Shown: one piece after another, positions 17,436-28,233 of the stretch
Layout: each line of letters starts with the position of its first letter
Numbering within the stretch: position 1 is the first letter of the stretch
Origin: Mayamaea pseudoterrestris
Lineage: Eukaryota
DNA: 64,000 nt
Assembly (NCBI GenBank): GCA_027923505.1
Contig: BROI01000005.1
Coordinates: 310,001-374,000 of the forward strand
Direction of reading: 5' to 3'
The notes under the pieces: generated by a model
What the model was told of the DNA's origin: nothing
The model's input: only the letters and a program-made list of their open reading frames with translations
Databases searched by the model: none
Position numbers and translations under genes: made by a program

Positions 17436-18247
17436 GGAACGAGTCGACAACGTGATTGTCTGCTTCGTGTGTTGTTCGTTCTTTCCTTTCCTCTTTCCTT
17501 GCTCTGTTTCGCGTTTCGCTTGAGCGGCTTCAAAACCAATTCGAATTCGCTCCTGTCGATCTACTTCTGCTTTCCCTATCAAAAGATCTATTGAGACTCC
17601 CTTCACAAATACGTCAAAGAGTAATGATGCTTTTGGTCTCTCGCCATGGCGCGACGAGAATGAGCGTGTCAACGCCGAATATTCTTGACCCTAAAATCGC
17701 GGTCTGTCGCAGCGCTACTTCCTTCCTTCGCATCCGTTTCGACGCTTTGCGTCCCATTGGAATGCAATGCAATGCGAATGTTTGATTTGGGCGTGACAGC
17801 AAATAAATCCCGAAAGTTGTACGATTTTGTGAGAACCTAGCAGTGAAATCGTGCAATTATCTTAATGGATATGATATATATCCGAAACAAAGGCATGAAG
17901 AATTTAGACGATGTCTATTCGTCTGTTCTCGTTTTTCTTCATGATGCATTTGGATCTTGCTCTATTTTTTACCGCCGCGGGTCGTTGATGTTGCACACCT
18001 ATCAACGGATGGTGCTACAAACAACAGTGTCAGTTTGCTTGTTGTACGAATGCTCTATTGTCATTCATACCGCGAACGGCGAGAGTTGGAGTGAAAATGG
18101 ATCAAGCGATTCGAGTATTGCTTGATGGGAAGTCTCGAAATAGCTTCAAAATAGGACTCAACGCATAAGATTATGTTGTATGTCTGCAAACATAGTTACT
18201 CGTTGTTAGAATCGGTACTGTCGATAATTCTCCAATGAGTCCAGCAA

Positions 18248-18994
18248 TCATGTTACCAGTGTCAACATGGCTTGAATAAAGATGATGTCAATGCACCATT
18301 TGTCCAGGAAGTGACGGGGTTCTTGAAAAGATTTCGCGAAAACAGCATGCAGAACCATGGAAGATGCGAGACCGCATAGAAGGGGTCGCATCGGAAGGTC
18401 GCCGTGCATCCAGTCGTACATTAGTGTTGCGTTCCAAATGTGAACACGGATTACAAGAATGACAGACTCGTAAATCCACCGCGAAAGTTGGAACTCCGAC
18501 GCATGCGAATGTGTGTGCATAAACCAGGTAACTGGAGCAGCCATATAGACGGCGTACCACGCCGGGAGCGCGAAAATGTTCATGGACCAGACCAGTGTGC
18601 GCAGTTTAAGCACCCGGCGTCTTGGCGGATCCATTCTTGGGACGTCCAACTCGGCGGCTCTTGGTAGGACAGCTGGTTCTGCAATATGAGGCGGGCCTTC
18701 CATCTCAGCCACTCCGGGTAGATGTTGCGGATCGGCAACTCGGAGTAGCAAAATAGGCTCGGCATTTGTAATAGGTGGTGCGACGACGTAGAAGGCGGTC
18801 GTTGGCTTGTTGCACATAGGACAACGGATTGATGATTGAGACGCAAGGCAAGCTGCTCGCCAGTCTTTAAAGCAGCGGTAATGAAATTTATTGTGCAAGC
18901 ATGGTGTGACAAGTCCCCAAGTGTTCGTCTCGATCTTATCAAAGCAGATGCGGCATCCGTCATCATCGACGAACGCTCCGCTGTTGTCGTCCAT
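18248..18994 (-). CDS. RING-H2-type zinc finger protein with C-terminal hydrophobic segments (putative membrane E3 ligase)
   Basis: CRIC...PCLHNKFHYRCFKDW...RCPMC at the N-terminus, then 3-4 hydrophobic stretches. Confidence 0.75.
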   Translation of the reverse strand: MDDNSGAFVDDDGCRICFDKIETNTWGLVTPCLHNKFHYRCFKDWRAACLASQSSIRCPMCNKPTTAFYVVAPPITNAEPILLLRVADPQHLPGVAEMEGPPHIAEPAVLPRAAELDVPRMDPPRRRVLKLRTLVWSMNIFALPAWYAVYMAAPVTWFMHTHSHASEFQLSRWIYESVILVIRVHIWNATLMYDWMHGDLPMRPLLCGLASSMVLHAVFAKSFQEPRHFLDKWCIDIIFIQAMLTLVT

Positions 18995-20238
18995 GGTCGG
19001 ATTCGAACGACGATCAGATGCGTTTCCTCAAACAGAACCGAATGAGTGAGACTTTGGCACAGCCAACGGATATCTAGTGAGTACCGTAAACAAATTGGTT
19101 AGTAGATAAGTGGATGAGTTTGAGATGAATTTTGCTTTGCGAGAAATTGCAAGCGAAATTCGGCATGCCAATTCACTCCCGTCATGCTCTAGCTCGGATT
19201 TCGTCGGCAGTTGTGACTCACGCCATAGCAAAACCTACTTGCTCGCGTACCGTATGATACATACCACTAAGTGAATGGCGGCTGCTGCAAGTCTTGTTCA
19301 AAGATTGTTGACGCTGCGTGAAACAAACGATGCAAATGGGAGATCCTTGCCAAAAGTGTGGGAGCGCTTCACGCATGAAAATCGTAGCGGTACTGACGCT
19401 ATGCTGCCTGCACGCTTGAAACTTTAGGTAGCATTCATACAGTCCCATGCCAAAGGCCAACGTCTGCTCTTTCCAATGCAAGCACCGTTTGTAAACGTAA
19501 ATATCACTTAGACTCGCTGCTTGCTCAAAAAGAGATATATGGCTGTCATCCGCTCGTCAATGACAAGTATCCTTGACTTTGCCACGCCGGTGCCATCACG
19601 TGCGCGTGCTTTTCAACCGTTTCCTGTGGAAGAAATACTATTATCTACACTAGAAATTTCAAATTCTTAGTTAAATGGTTGATTGTAATGGTGTAAAGGT
19701 GCGCTTTCGGTATCACGCGCGAAAGGTAATTGGCTTGTTGGCGACACAAAAAGGTGATGATAATGTGCACTATAAAGCTACATCAAGCCGATGCTTTGAC
19801 GTCTACTCATGGGGATCACGAGAGCTTTGTCGGCGAGTCATAGACATGGAAAGAACTACTGCTGTCTGATTCGGAGAGCTCGGCACCAAGGCACTTGGCT
19901 GTAGCTGCCGAACCTTTGACGTTGCTATCTAACTATCAAGCTTCGCTGCTGTCCAGCGCAAACTATGATCAGCAAACGCATCTTGGCCAACTAAATGGGC
20001 TACTTTAACAGTTGCACAATTTGCAAATGGCTGGGTGGACAGCCATTTGCCGGGATAGCTCGGCACTCGTGACTAAACTACGGTCGAGTCGTGCGGTATG
20101 GCCTTCACCGTTTCTTGCGTCGCGTCGTCGTCGTTCATCGTCATGATGATCATTTCATATTCTGCTGCAGAATCCAAGTCAAGCAAACGAAAAAACCACA
20201 AAGGTCGACTAACAGTACGAATAGCCTTTTGCTACTGC

Positions 20239-23200
20239 ATGGATCCTGGTCGAGTGGAAGGTGATTACAAGGGACAGCAGCAGCAGTTTCACGCACGAAT
20301 GTCGTTGTCACAAAAACGTCTTGATGGCGCAATGAAACACTCGGGAGTCAAGCAAACGGCCCGCAGCAACAACAAAACATCTAAAGCATCCATACCGAAA
20401 CATGGAGACTTGTCTCGCAAGTTTAACTATCAGGAGTCTTATGAACGGCCCGCCAATGGATCAGAGGATGAATCAGCGGCAGTCGTTTCGTATGAGGATC
20501 GCTTTGACGCAGTGACGAGCAGTCGTTTTGCCAACGTACCGACGCCGTATAAGCACGCCCAACATGCGTTCCATCAACCTGCACTATTATCCGAGAAAGA
20601 AAAGCCTGTTTCGCCTGCTCATCTTCATTCGAAAAACCACATCAAGCATGAATTGCAGAATCATCATGGTGGTCATTTCGTGTCAGGCACTCATTCCTCG
20701 CAATCATATAGCACTTTAGCAGCAATGAATGCAGACTCTAGTGGAATCTCTTCCAGCGAGTCGGAGGATGAGAAACCTTTGAGCAGTTTAGTGAAGAAAA
20801 AGAAGACTATGAATCCTAAGATTGCCGTAAAACAAAAGGAAAAAGCGGTCATTCGACGCAAGGAGAATGAGAAGGTACCGCAGATTACGGCTAAACAAGT
20901 TCAGCCCAATATTGCACGAGAATATGATGGACTTTTAGATACGGATGATGAGAAAGACGAGGTTTCTCCGCGTAAAAACTCTCATGACGAGCCGTCCATT
21001 GCGTTTCGCCGTCGGAGCAAGTCGAAGCTTAATCAACGTGCTGTCAACAAGCGCGAGGAATATGCCTCGTTCCAACGCAAATTTAACCCCGCCATTGATA
21101 TTGAGTTCAAAGGCACGGAAATCCATCCGCTCTTTATAGCTGGATGCATGTGGAATCGTCATCAGGAGCTGTTTGGCGAAACTTGCGGCGAAGAGTGCAT
21201 GTGCGTCCTTGCCATGGAAAAGATGAGCGCCAATGTAGTCAAAACCAAGATTCGCAAAAGGGATCACTGGGACAATCCTTTGAACTTGGACGAAACGACC
21301 ATGCCGGTTGGTTTCATGACAAACTTTGCCAACAAGTTTGGGCGCTTGCTGCGAAACAAGTATCCCTCGGAGCCATCATCGCGTCTGTTGGAGCGGCTCA
21401 TCAACATGTGGATGATTCATCGACGGCAACGGATGTTTGGGCAAACGAAGTGTGACGAAGACTGTGGCTGCGAAGAAGCTTGGGAGTTTGCGTTTGCGGA
21501 AGGAGCGCTTCCGGATGAAGTCTCCGCCTCTCGCAAGCGCAAACTGCCTCATGGCAAATGTGCCGCCGCGTCGTCATTGACACCGGCAGTGAACGAATGC
21601 AAACCAGACCACTTGGTGACGCAAATTATTCAAAAAGTACCGCGGAAGAGTGCCCCGTCTGCCGTTACCTCGACTCAAATGAAAGAGTACGCAGTCGATT
21701 TTGATTCGACCAAGCCTCTCGGCATGTACGTATCTGACGAGACTGATTCAACTGGTACATCTGTCTGCAAAGTTACTTCTGTGGCGCCAAATGGCCAGTG
21801 TGAATGTGACAGTCGAGTGCGCTGCGGCTCTGTTGTCGTTGGAGTGGTTTTAAATGGCGATCGACAGATAATCCGCTCGCCCGCTGAATTGAAGAATATT
21901 TATGTCGCTGCGCGCCAAAACAAGACGCGTCTTCAGCTCGTATTCGTGAATAAGTATGTGTCTGCCGCTGCCCTCGCGGAAGGGGACACACGTCAACGAA
22001 ACGATTGGGCGGCGTTTGGGTACAATGGCGCGGTTAGTAATGGCGGCTGGGCAGGCGGTGCGCAAGAAATGCATCAGATTCTGAACAGGGCCATTAATCG
22101 AGAACAGGTGTCGTCGCTCCAAACTCTTGTTGCATCGTCTCCCCCAAGCCCGCGCTTGCCTCTCCTCGTTTCAAGCAATACCGAAATGGATATAGATTTG
22201 GAGCCATTACGTCCGGCTGTCCGTGCTGAAGTGGGTCGATCCATATTGAAGGGTGGTCCTAGCTACTTAATGAGAACCACAAAACGAGACGACGCGAAGG
22301 TGCAATTTTCAGAGCATCGATACGTATGCTGGATTGATTTTAGTGGTCCCGCAACAGAATTCCAGCCAGGCGGCACATTAGAAGATGCTTCTACGGCTCT
22401 TGTTCACAAGACAAGGCCTGGCCGACAGGAACTCTTCGCAGCGTTTCAAACCCAGGGCATTAAGGAAACTATTATGCTACTTGAAGAGGGTGCCGCCATT
22501 GACGTTTCTCGCAATGACTTGGATTGGATTCGGAAAAAAGCTGTAAAACCGCGGCTTGATGAGGTAAAATCCAAGTTTGAGAGAACGAATGATGTCATCT
22601 TATTACCCGAGATTCGCGATTTAGTGTTGAAAGACAAGGTTATGAAAATATATGCTAATGCGGAGGATGCTGTGCGTCTCGCAAAAGCTATGAAAAGCTG
22701 GGTGTGCTGCGAATTTTGCGTTGAAACACTGGATATGGAAGACTTACAAGTGCTGGCCCAACAACAACCCTCAGATATATATCTTAAGTGGTCGTCTCAG
22801 ATAAAAGTTGCTGGTGTATCCGAATCGCGACGGCTCAAGATAGCCAATGTCATCGACGGGCGGACGAGCGAAACATCCTGTTTGCACCATAACTGTTGTC
22901 TGGACCGCGACGGAAAATTCGATTTATTTCTTGTTTCTAAAGCTCTGGATGAGAAGACAAAAATACTTGGCACGGCAACTGTTGCCCGATCAGACCTTTG
23001 CACATCTAAATTGACGTGGGATGAACCAATCGCACTAAAGTTCGTGCCGACAACAGGCAGCGAAGTCCCCGGCGCAACTGTCAAAATCCGCGTCCGTCGA
23101 ACGCTTCTCAGTCTAGACTTCATTGAGAGTATGCGATCAACAGAACGCACTAAAATCAAGGAAATTGCGGACTGGATACAGCGCTTTAATGATGATTTGT

Positions 23201-25038
23201 CACACGAAAAAGGATTTGATTCGAAGCTGTCGTTTAATGTTCAAGTGGCGGGTGAGTCGCTATTACATGCGGCTGTTCATTTGGAAGATCCGGAACTGGT
23301 GGACGAATTGATTTGCTTGGGCTCAAGGTCAGGAAACAACTGTAAAACGTCTCCTTTAGCGTTGGCACTCGATATGGCCGAAGGAAGTAAGGACGATCGC
23401 AGTGCTGTGCTTGCTAAAATTGTTGCTGTTCTTCGCCGGCACTGCTCGCGTGAAGCAGCAAGTCCCACGCAGGAGAATTTGCTGAATGATGAAACTACTT
23501 GTCGTTTAACAGAGCCTGCGATAGCCGCCGTCGAGCTCTCAGGACTAGCAGCATCAAGCGAGCCGGCGTTCTTTCTGTCCGATTGTACCAAATTGCCAGC
23601 GGTTGCCCGCAACGAACCTCCAAGCGCACAGACTCCGGGGCATCTATTCTTAAACGCTGACGGAGAAAGCGACGGAAACGTCTCGCCCATAACATTTGAG
23701 GACTTGTCGCTCCAAGTGCCGGACATTAAACATCCAGCTCATTCGCGCACGTCCAATACTAACACTTGGCAGCATTTCGAGCCATCAAACCTCCCGAACG
23801 TGGAAGTTGATTGGATTACGCCCACCAGCTTCTTGCCTTTTCGCTGTTGGTACCACGAAATGAACGGAAGCCGCTGCACGAGGCGTACATCACGTAGGGA
23901 CGGCTGTAAGCATTTACACATAAACCGACCATGGGGACCGTTGTGGGATGATTTGTGGTCAGAGTGCAATGGCGACAGTGGCATACCATTTGAGTGCCAT
24001 CTCAACGTACAGGAAAACTCGCATTTTCTTGAAGAAAAAGGCGCGAATGGTGTGTTGTGGTATACGGCCAAGTTTTCAACTGCAAAAGATTTCGGCTGCA
24101 CTGACCAGGATATTATATTTGCAGAGGGAAGCGGCTACCGAAGCGTACAAGGCGTTTACTGGTATGAAACAAGAGAGGATGCTTATAAAGCCCTCGAAAA
24201 AACGGTATACGCTACCGTGTGGGCAGCCAGACACAATTATCATCCAATGGATGGGATATCAGGTCCATGTTCTCTTCTGCCGGCCTTTAATTACAAGCAG
24301 CGCAGAGTTCCGGTTAGCCCCTCTACAGCAAACGCCAATCAACCCTATAATCAGCATTACACGGAACATCAGGGGACCAATATATCGCTGAGTTCTAGAA
24401 GCGAAAAGGGAAGTCAAAATATGTCCGTTGTTCGCGTCACCGGTCTTCCACCCAGCGCCATTGAGGCAGATATCTGTCGCTTTTTCCAAATCAGACATTT
24501 ATGCCCGAGTCAGATCCAATTGATCTATGATGGATATGGGCGAGCGACTCGTGAGGCCGAGGTTAGTTTCTCCAACGAAGCGGAAGCTATACGCGCTCTA
24601 CAAGTGGACGGTTGTTTAATGGGCTGCGTTGCCATTACAGTAAAGCCGGGTCTGACGGGTCAACGTGGTCCCAGCGTGTCGGTTCCGAGTCCGCTCGAAG
24701 AATGCACAACGAATAATCTTGAAAGCAGTAGTCTGGAATCTGCATATATTTACATGTCTGGTTTACCTTCAGTTGCGAACAATGCTGCAGTTGAAAAATT
24801 CTTTATTCAACGCGACATTCGTCCAACAAGAGTTGCCATCGTATATAATCCCGACGGCAAAGTCACTGGTAACGTTCTCGTATCTTTTGCAAACGAGAAT
24901 GACGCCGAACAAGCCCTTAAATTGCAAGGGAAGTACATAGGTAATTATCGCGTGCAGCTTCGACGCGGAACGAAGCAAGAGTTTGATTTGGCCTTGCACA
25001 GTAGTAGAGTGAATGGACCATCGGCAAATTATCAATGA
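20239..25038 (+). CDS. Large multidomain protein: Cys/His repeats, PDZ-like, SILK/KVxF, ankyrin, CCCH-like finger and two C-terminal RRMs
   Basis: Uninterrupted ORF 20098..25038; start codon uncertain (20098, 20239 or 20299). RRMs VVRVTGLP...EAEVSF and YIYMSGLP...VLVSF resemble hnRNP F/H qRRMs. Ankyrin-like GESLLHAAV...SPLALA; PDZ-like KPLGMYV...VTSVAPNGQ. Confidence 0.8.
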   Translation: MDPGRVEGDYKGQQQQFHARMSLSQKRLDGAMKHSGVKQTARSNNKTSKASIPKHGDLSRKFNYQESYERPANGSEDESAAVVSYEDRFDAVTSSRFANVPTPYKHAQHAFHQPALLSEKEKPVSPAHLHSKNHIKHELQNHHGGHFVSGTHSSQSYSTLAAMNADSSGISSSESEDEKPLSSLVKKKKTMNPKIAVKQKEKAVIRRKENEKVPQITAKQVQPNIAREYDGLLDTDDEKDEVSPRKNSHDEPSIAFRRRSKSKLNQRAVNKREEYASFQRKFNPAIDIEFKGTEIHPLFIAGCMWNRHQELFGETCGEECMCVLAMEKMSANVVKTKIRKRDHWDNPLNLDETTMPVGFMTNFANKFGRLLRNKYPSEPSSRLLERLINMWMIHRRQRMFGQTKCDEDCGCEEAWEFAFAEGALPDEVSASRKRKLPHGKCAAASSLTPAVNECKPDHLVTQIIQKVPRKSAPSAVTSTQMKEYAVDFDSTKPLGMYVSDETDSTGTSVCKVTSVAPNGQCECDSRVRCGSVVVGVVLNGDRQIIRSPAELKNIYVAARQNKTRLQLVFVNKYVSAAALAEGDTRQRNDWAAFGYNGAVSNGGWAGGAQEMHQILNRAINREQVSSLQTLVASSPPSPRLPLLVSSNTEMDIDLEPLRPAVRAEVGRSILKGGPSYLMRTTKRDDAKVQFSEHRYVCWIDFSGPATEFQPGGTLEDASTALVHKTRPGRQELFAAFQTQGIKETIMLLEEGAAIDVSRNDLDWIRKKAVKPRLDEVKSKFERTNDVILLPEIRDLVLKDKVMKIYANAEDAVRLAKAMKSWVCCEFCVETLDMEDLQVLAQQQPSDIYLKWSSQIKVAGVSESRRLKIANVIDGRTSETSCLHHNCCLDRDGKFDLFLVSKALDEKTKILGTATVARSDLCTSKLTWDEPIALKFVPTTGSEVPGATVKIRVRRTLLSLDFIESMRSTERTKIKEIADWIQRFNDDLSHEKGFDSKLSFNVQVAGESLLHAAVHLEDPELVDELICLGSRSGNNCKTSPLALALDMAEGSKDDRSAVLAKIVAVLRRHCSREAASPTQENLLNDETTCRLTEPAIAAVELSGLAASSEPAFFLSDCTKLPAVARNEPPSAQTPGHLFLNADGESDGNVSPITFEDLSLQVPDIKHPAHSRTSNTNTWQHFEPSNLPNVEVDWITPTSFLPFRCWYHEMNGSRCTRRTSRRDGCKHLHINRPWGPLWDDLWSECNGDSGIPFECHLNVQENSHFLEEKGANGVLWYTAKFSTAKDFGCTDQDIIFAEGSGYRSVQGVYWYETREDAYKALEKTVYATVWAARHNYHPMDGISGPCSLLPAFNYKQRRVPVSPSTANANQPYNQHYTEHQGTNISLSSRSEKGSQNMSVVRVTGLPPSAIEADICRFFQIRHLCPSQIQLIYDGYGRATREAEVSFSNEAEAIRALQVDGCLMGCVAITVKPGLTGQRGPSVSVPSPLEECTTNNLESSSLESAYIYMSGLPSVANNAAVEKFFIQRDIRPTRVAIVYNPDGKVTGNVLVSFANENDAEQALKLQGKYIGNYRVQLRRGTKQEFDLALHSSRVNGPSANYQ

Positions 25039-25538
25039 ATCGTCACTCGAGTCATGCTCGACTGGAGTGCCGGATAATGATGGTAACTGCACTCAACTAT
25101 ATATTTTGATACATTTTGACACCTGCCTAGCGTACATAGTTTTAATGAGTCTTTTGCCTAGCGCTATATATTGCAGAAGGATTGCTAAGCCTACCATGAT
25201 GCAGTCGCGAGGACAGGAAGTTGTCGACTTCCGATGGTCTTACCATCACTCACAGTTTAAGCCACTAAAGGTAGCACATTGCCAAGAGCGACATTCCCTA
25301 TATGGTTCGTGGTGGCAGCTGGGACAATAGTTCTCTTTTGGTGCCAAGCGACTCAAGTGGCTGCGAGAAGACAAGGATTATGCTATAGTAAGTGTCTTTT
25401 CAGTGCCGCGTCACATCTGGAAGCATCGACCTGCGACGATGGGAAACGATGCTTGGAAAGCAAATCGAAAGGATCCAAGCAACTGCTACAAGTAGCTTTT
25501 CAAGTTGACGAGTCTGTATACTATCATCATTTTATTAT

Positions 25539-26474
25539 ATGGAACGTCTCCAGCAACTCATGCGCGGCATGCCGGGCGCCGGTGGCGCCGGCGGAATGCC
25601 TGGTGACTCCAACTCCCCCGACTGCGCCGAAAAGGTCCACGTATCCAGCTTGGCCTTGCTGAAAATGCTCAAGCACGGCCGCGCCGGCGTTCCAATGGAA
25701 GTCATGGGCCTCATGCTTGGTCAGTTTGTCGATGACTACACGATTCACTGCGTCGACGTCTTTGCCATGCCGCAGAGTGGAACGACTGTGAGTGTGGAAG
25801 CGGTGGATCCAGTTTTTCAAACGAAAATGCTTGACATGCTCAAGCAGACGGGTCGGCCGGAAATGGTCGTTGGATGGTATCATAGTCATCCTGGATTTGG
25901 CTGCTGGCTCAGTAGTACGGATATCAACACGCAGAGTTCCTTTGAAGCGCTAAACTCTCGAGCAGTGGCGCTAGTGGTGGATCCCATTCAAAGTGTCAAG
26001 GGCAAGGTTGTGATTGATTGCTTTCGTCTCATTAACCCGCAGCTCATGATGCTTGGCCAAGAACCTCGTCAAACGACGAGCAACATTGGTCATTTGCAAA
26101 AGCCGAGCATTCAAGCGCTCATTCATGGACTCAATCGCCACTACTACAGCATTGTCATTGACTATCGTAAGAATGAGCTGGAAGAGCAAATGTTAATGAA
26201 CTTACACAAGCGCAACTGGACGCAGCACCTGAAACTGCAGCCGTTTGAAGAGATTCATGTCAAGAGTAAAAAGGTGATGGACCGCATGGCGCAGCTGGCC
26301 AAGGACTATAGTGAGCGCGTCACGCAGGAGGAAGGCAAGTCGGCGGAGGAAATTGCAGTTTTGAATGTTGGCAAGATTGATCCCAAGAAGCATTTGGAAA
26401 TGTCCGTGTCGGATTTGATGAGCGCGAACATTATTCAATGTTTGGGGACGATGCTTGATACTGTAGTGTTCTAA
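25539..26474 (+). CDS. RPN11: 26S proteasome lid deubiquitinase RPN11/PSMD14
   Basis: [26 protein letters not shown] and the JAMM motif [17 protein letters not shown]; 311 aa. Confidence 0.98.
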   Translation: MERLQQLMRGMPGAGGAGGMPGDSNSPDCAEKVHVSSLALLKMLKHGRAGVPMEVMGLMLGQFVDDYTIHCVDVFAMPQSGTTVSVEAVDPVFQTKMLDMLKQTGRPEMVVGWYHSHPGFGCWLSSTDINTQSSFEALNSRAVALVVDPIQSVKGKVVIDCFRLINPQLMMLGQEPRQTTSNIGHLQKPSIQALIHGLNRHYYSIVIDYRKNELEEQMLMNLHKRNWTQHLKLQPFEEIHVKSKKVMDRMAQLAKDYSERVTQEEGKSAEEIAVLNVGKIDPKKHLEMSVSDLMSANIIQCLGTMLDTVVF

Positions 26475-26605
26475 AACAAATTGGGAGCGATGCGGCAGCA
26501 CTGAATAGCATAGTAGTCTTCCAGTAGTCGTCAGCAACATTATACGTCAAGCTTTTCGCTACAAATTATTTCTCTGCGACTATAGTCTGCGTTGGCGCAC
26601 GGTTA

Positions 26606-27860
26606 CTACTCGGCCGCTTGTGTTGTCCATTTATAGTACATTTCGAAGGTTGCTTTTAAAAAATCACCAAAGGTCATGCCTTCATCGATCCAACGCTTTC
26701 CCAAAGGAGGTACTCGTGCGCTCGGCATGGATGCATTCAAAACTTTATCTCGAGTGCAGTTACTTGGCATGCTTAGTTTCGTCGATGGCTTGACATCCAC
26801 AAAGCATGCCAGACTTACTCGAGCGACGGTCGAGTCGCTACATCCGCGAACGCAGTGCGGAGTCGCCGTCACGGCTCCACCGGTACAAATTTGTGTGCAT
26901 TCCCCAATTTGAATGGCGCAGCAATCGTCGGGAATGCGTACATGCAAGACGCAATCAGAGCGATTGACAACATACAAGCCAGACGATGGATCCGGCGATT
27001 GCTCCAAAATTTGTCCAGTTTCGTGGTTGACATAAAGGTCGCCAGCAAGAGCAGTAAGATAGCCGCTATCGTTGTGCCAACCAATCCTGTATGTCAATAG
27101 ATGATTTTAATGGCGGCCGAGTAAGGAATTTACTTCGGACAAAGCGAAACTGCAATCATTTCAACAACTACAGTACAAGCGTAGGTGAATGCACTCACCA
27201 CGAGTCTTCCTTTTTCACCTGACTGCAACTATCATCATCAACATCATTGTCCAGCGGAAAATAATATAGTAAGCGACCTTTGACCTTGTCCGTGTTTTTG
27301 ATGCTATCATGTAGAAAGGCTTCTGCATATTCGTCATTGTGTTTCTTGACGTAAATGTCGATTAGCCTACCAACGTGAACCGCGACTCGAGTCAACAAGC
27401 AACCAAGCTCCTTGGCGGCTGGCTCCAGCTCGGGTAGCTTTTCAGTCGGCCAAATGTTCTTCGGATAGCTCAATGGATATTGCTGGCGGTCATCTAAAGT
27501 GCCTGGCGTATCGGTTATCGGGTTGAAGTAGAAACTGCCCTTGCTCGTGTCGGGTGTATCTCCGAGCTTTTCCTTGCCAAACGACCAGCCGGAATTGTAA
27601 AGCGATTCTTTATCGGTTAGTTTTGTCTCAAGATAATCGCTTGGTAAGAATACAAACTTGTGAGCGAGGGAAAATAAGTCATGTTTGGCTTTGACGAAAC
27701 CAGGGACGTTTCGAACGGCGAGAATTCCAGTGCCAGTCGAGCCATAGGCTTCCTCCAAAGCCGCAACAACTTTGTCATTGACGGCGGCTGTTGTATCGCA
27801 AAGCTCATTCCAGTCGAGAGTAACGACTTGGCCTTCCTGGGCCGCTCCTTCCTCCGCCAT
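26606..27860 (-). CDS. 2-oxoglutarate/Fe(II)-dependent oxygenase (IPNS/DIOX-like), 2 exons
   Basis: Exon 1 is 27860-27199, intron 27198-27087 (GTGAGT...ACAG), exon 2 27086-26606. Splicing rebuilds DSW-IGWHNDSG (HxD); downstream are ATPHCV (distal His) and RVS (RxS). Confidence 0.85.
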
Positions 27861-28233
27861 GGTCTTGGTTTCGCGTTGTGTGACAGCTTTCGCGCATTGA
27901 CTCGGTGATGGTGTGACGCCATCATGTCATGACATGATGCGCGCCGGCCGAGCTCAATCGTTATGTCCGAACCAGCTGAACGGATCAATGACGTCACTCT
28001 GTATTCGCCGTTAACAACATCCGGGTTCGCTCTGACATCGTGGCGATGCGGTCTTCGACGATGCTCGGCGAGCGCGCGCACTCGGATGGAGACTGGACCA
28101 TGGGCATGCGCTAGAATCAATTGCCGTTTGTGTCGTTTCGCTTCGTCTGTCTATGAATATAAACTGCAATCCTCCAAACAATAGGGACTGCTGCATCACG
28201 ACTTTTAGAATTCCGTCCATCCCTTCACTTTTC

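Noticed and set aside
17436..17672. N-terminal extension of the LKR/SDH ORF (also upstream extensions of the DMT, DVR, XPC and GT77 ORFs)
   Set aside because: These begin at non-ATG codons from a bacterial-style ORF caller; downstream ATGs give sensible N-termini or targeting peptides.
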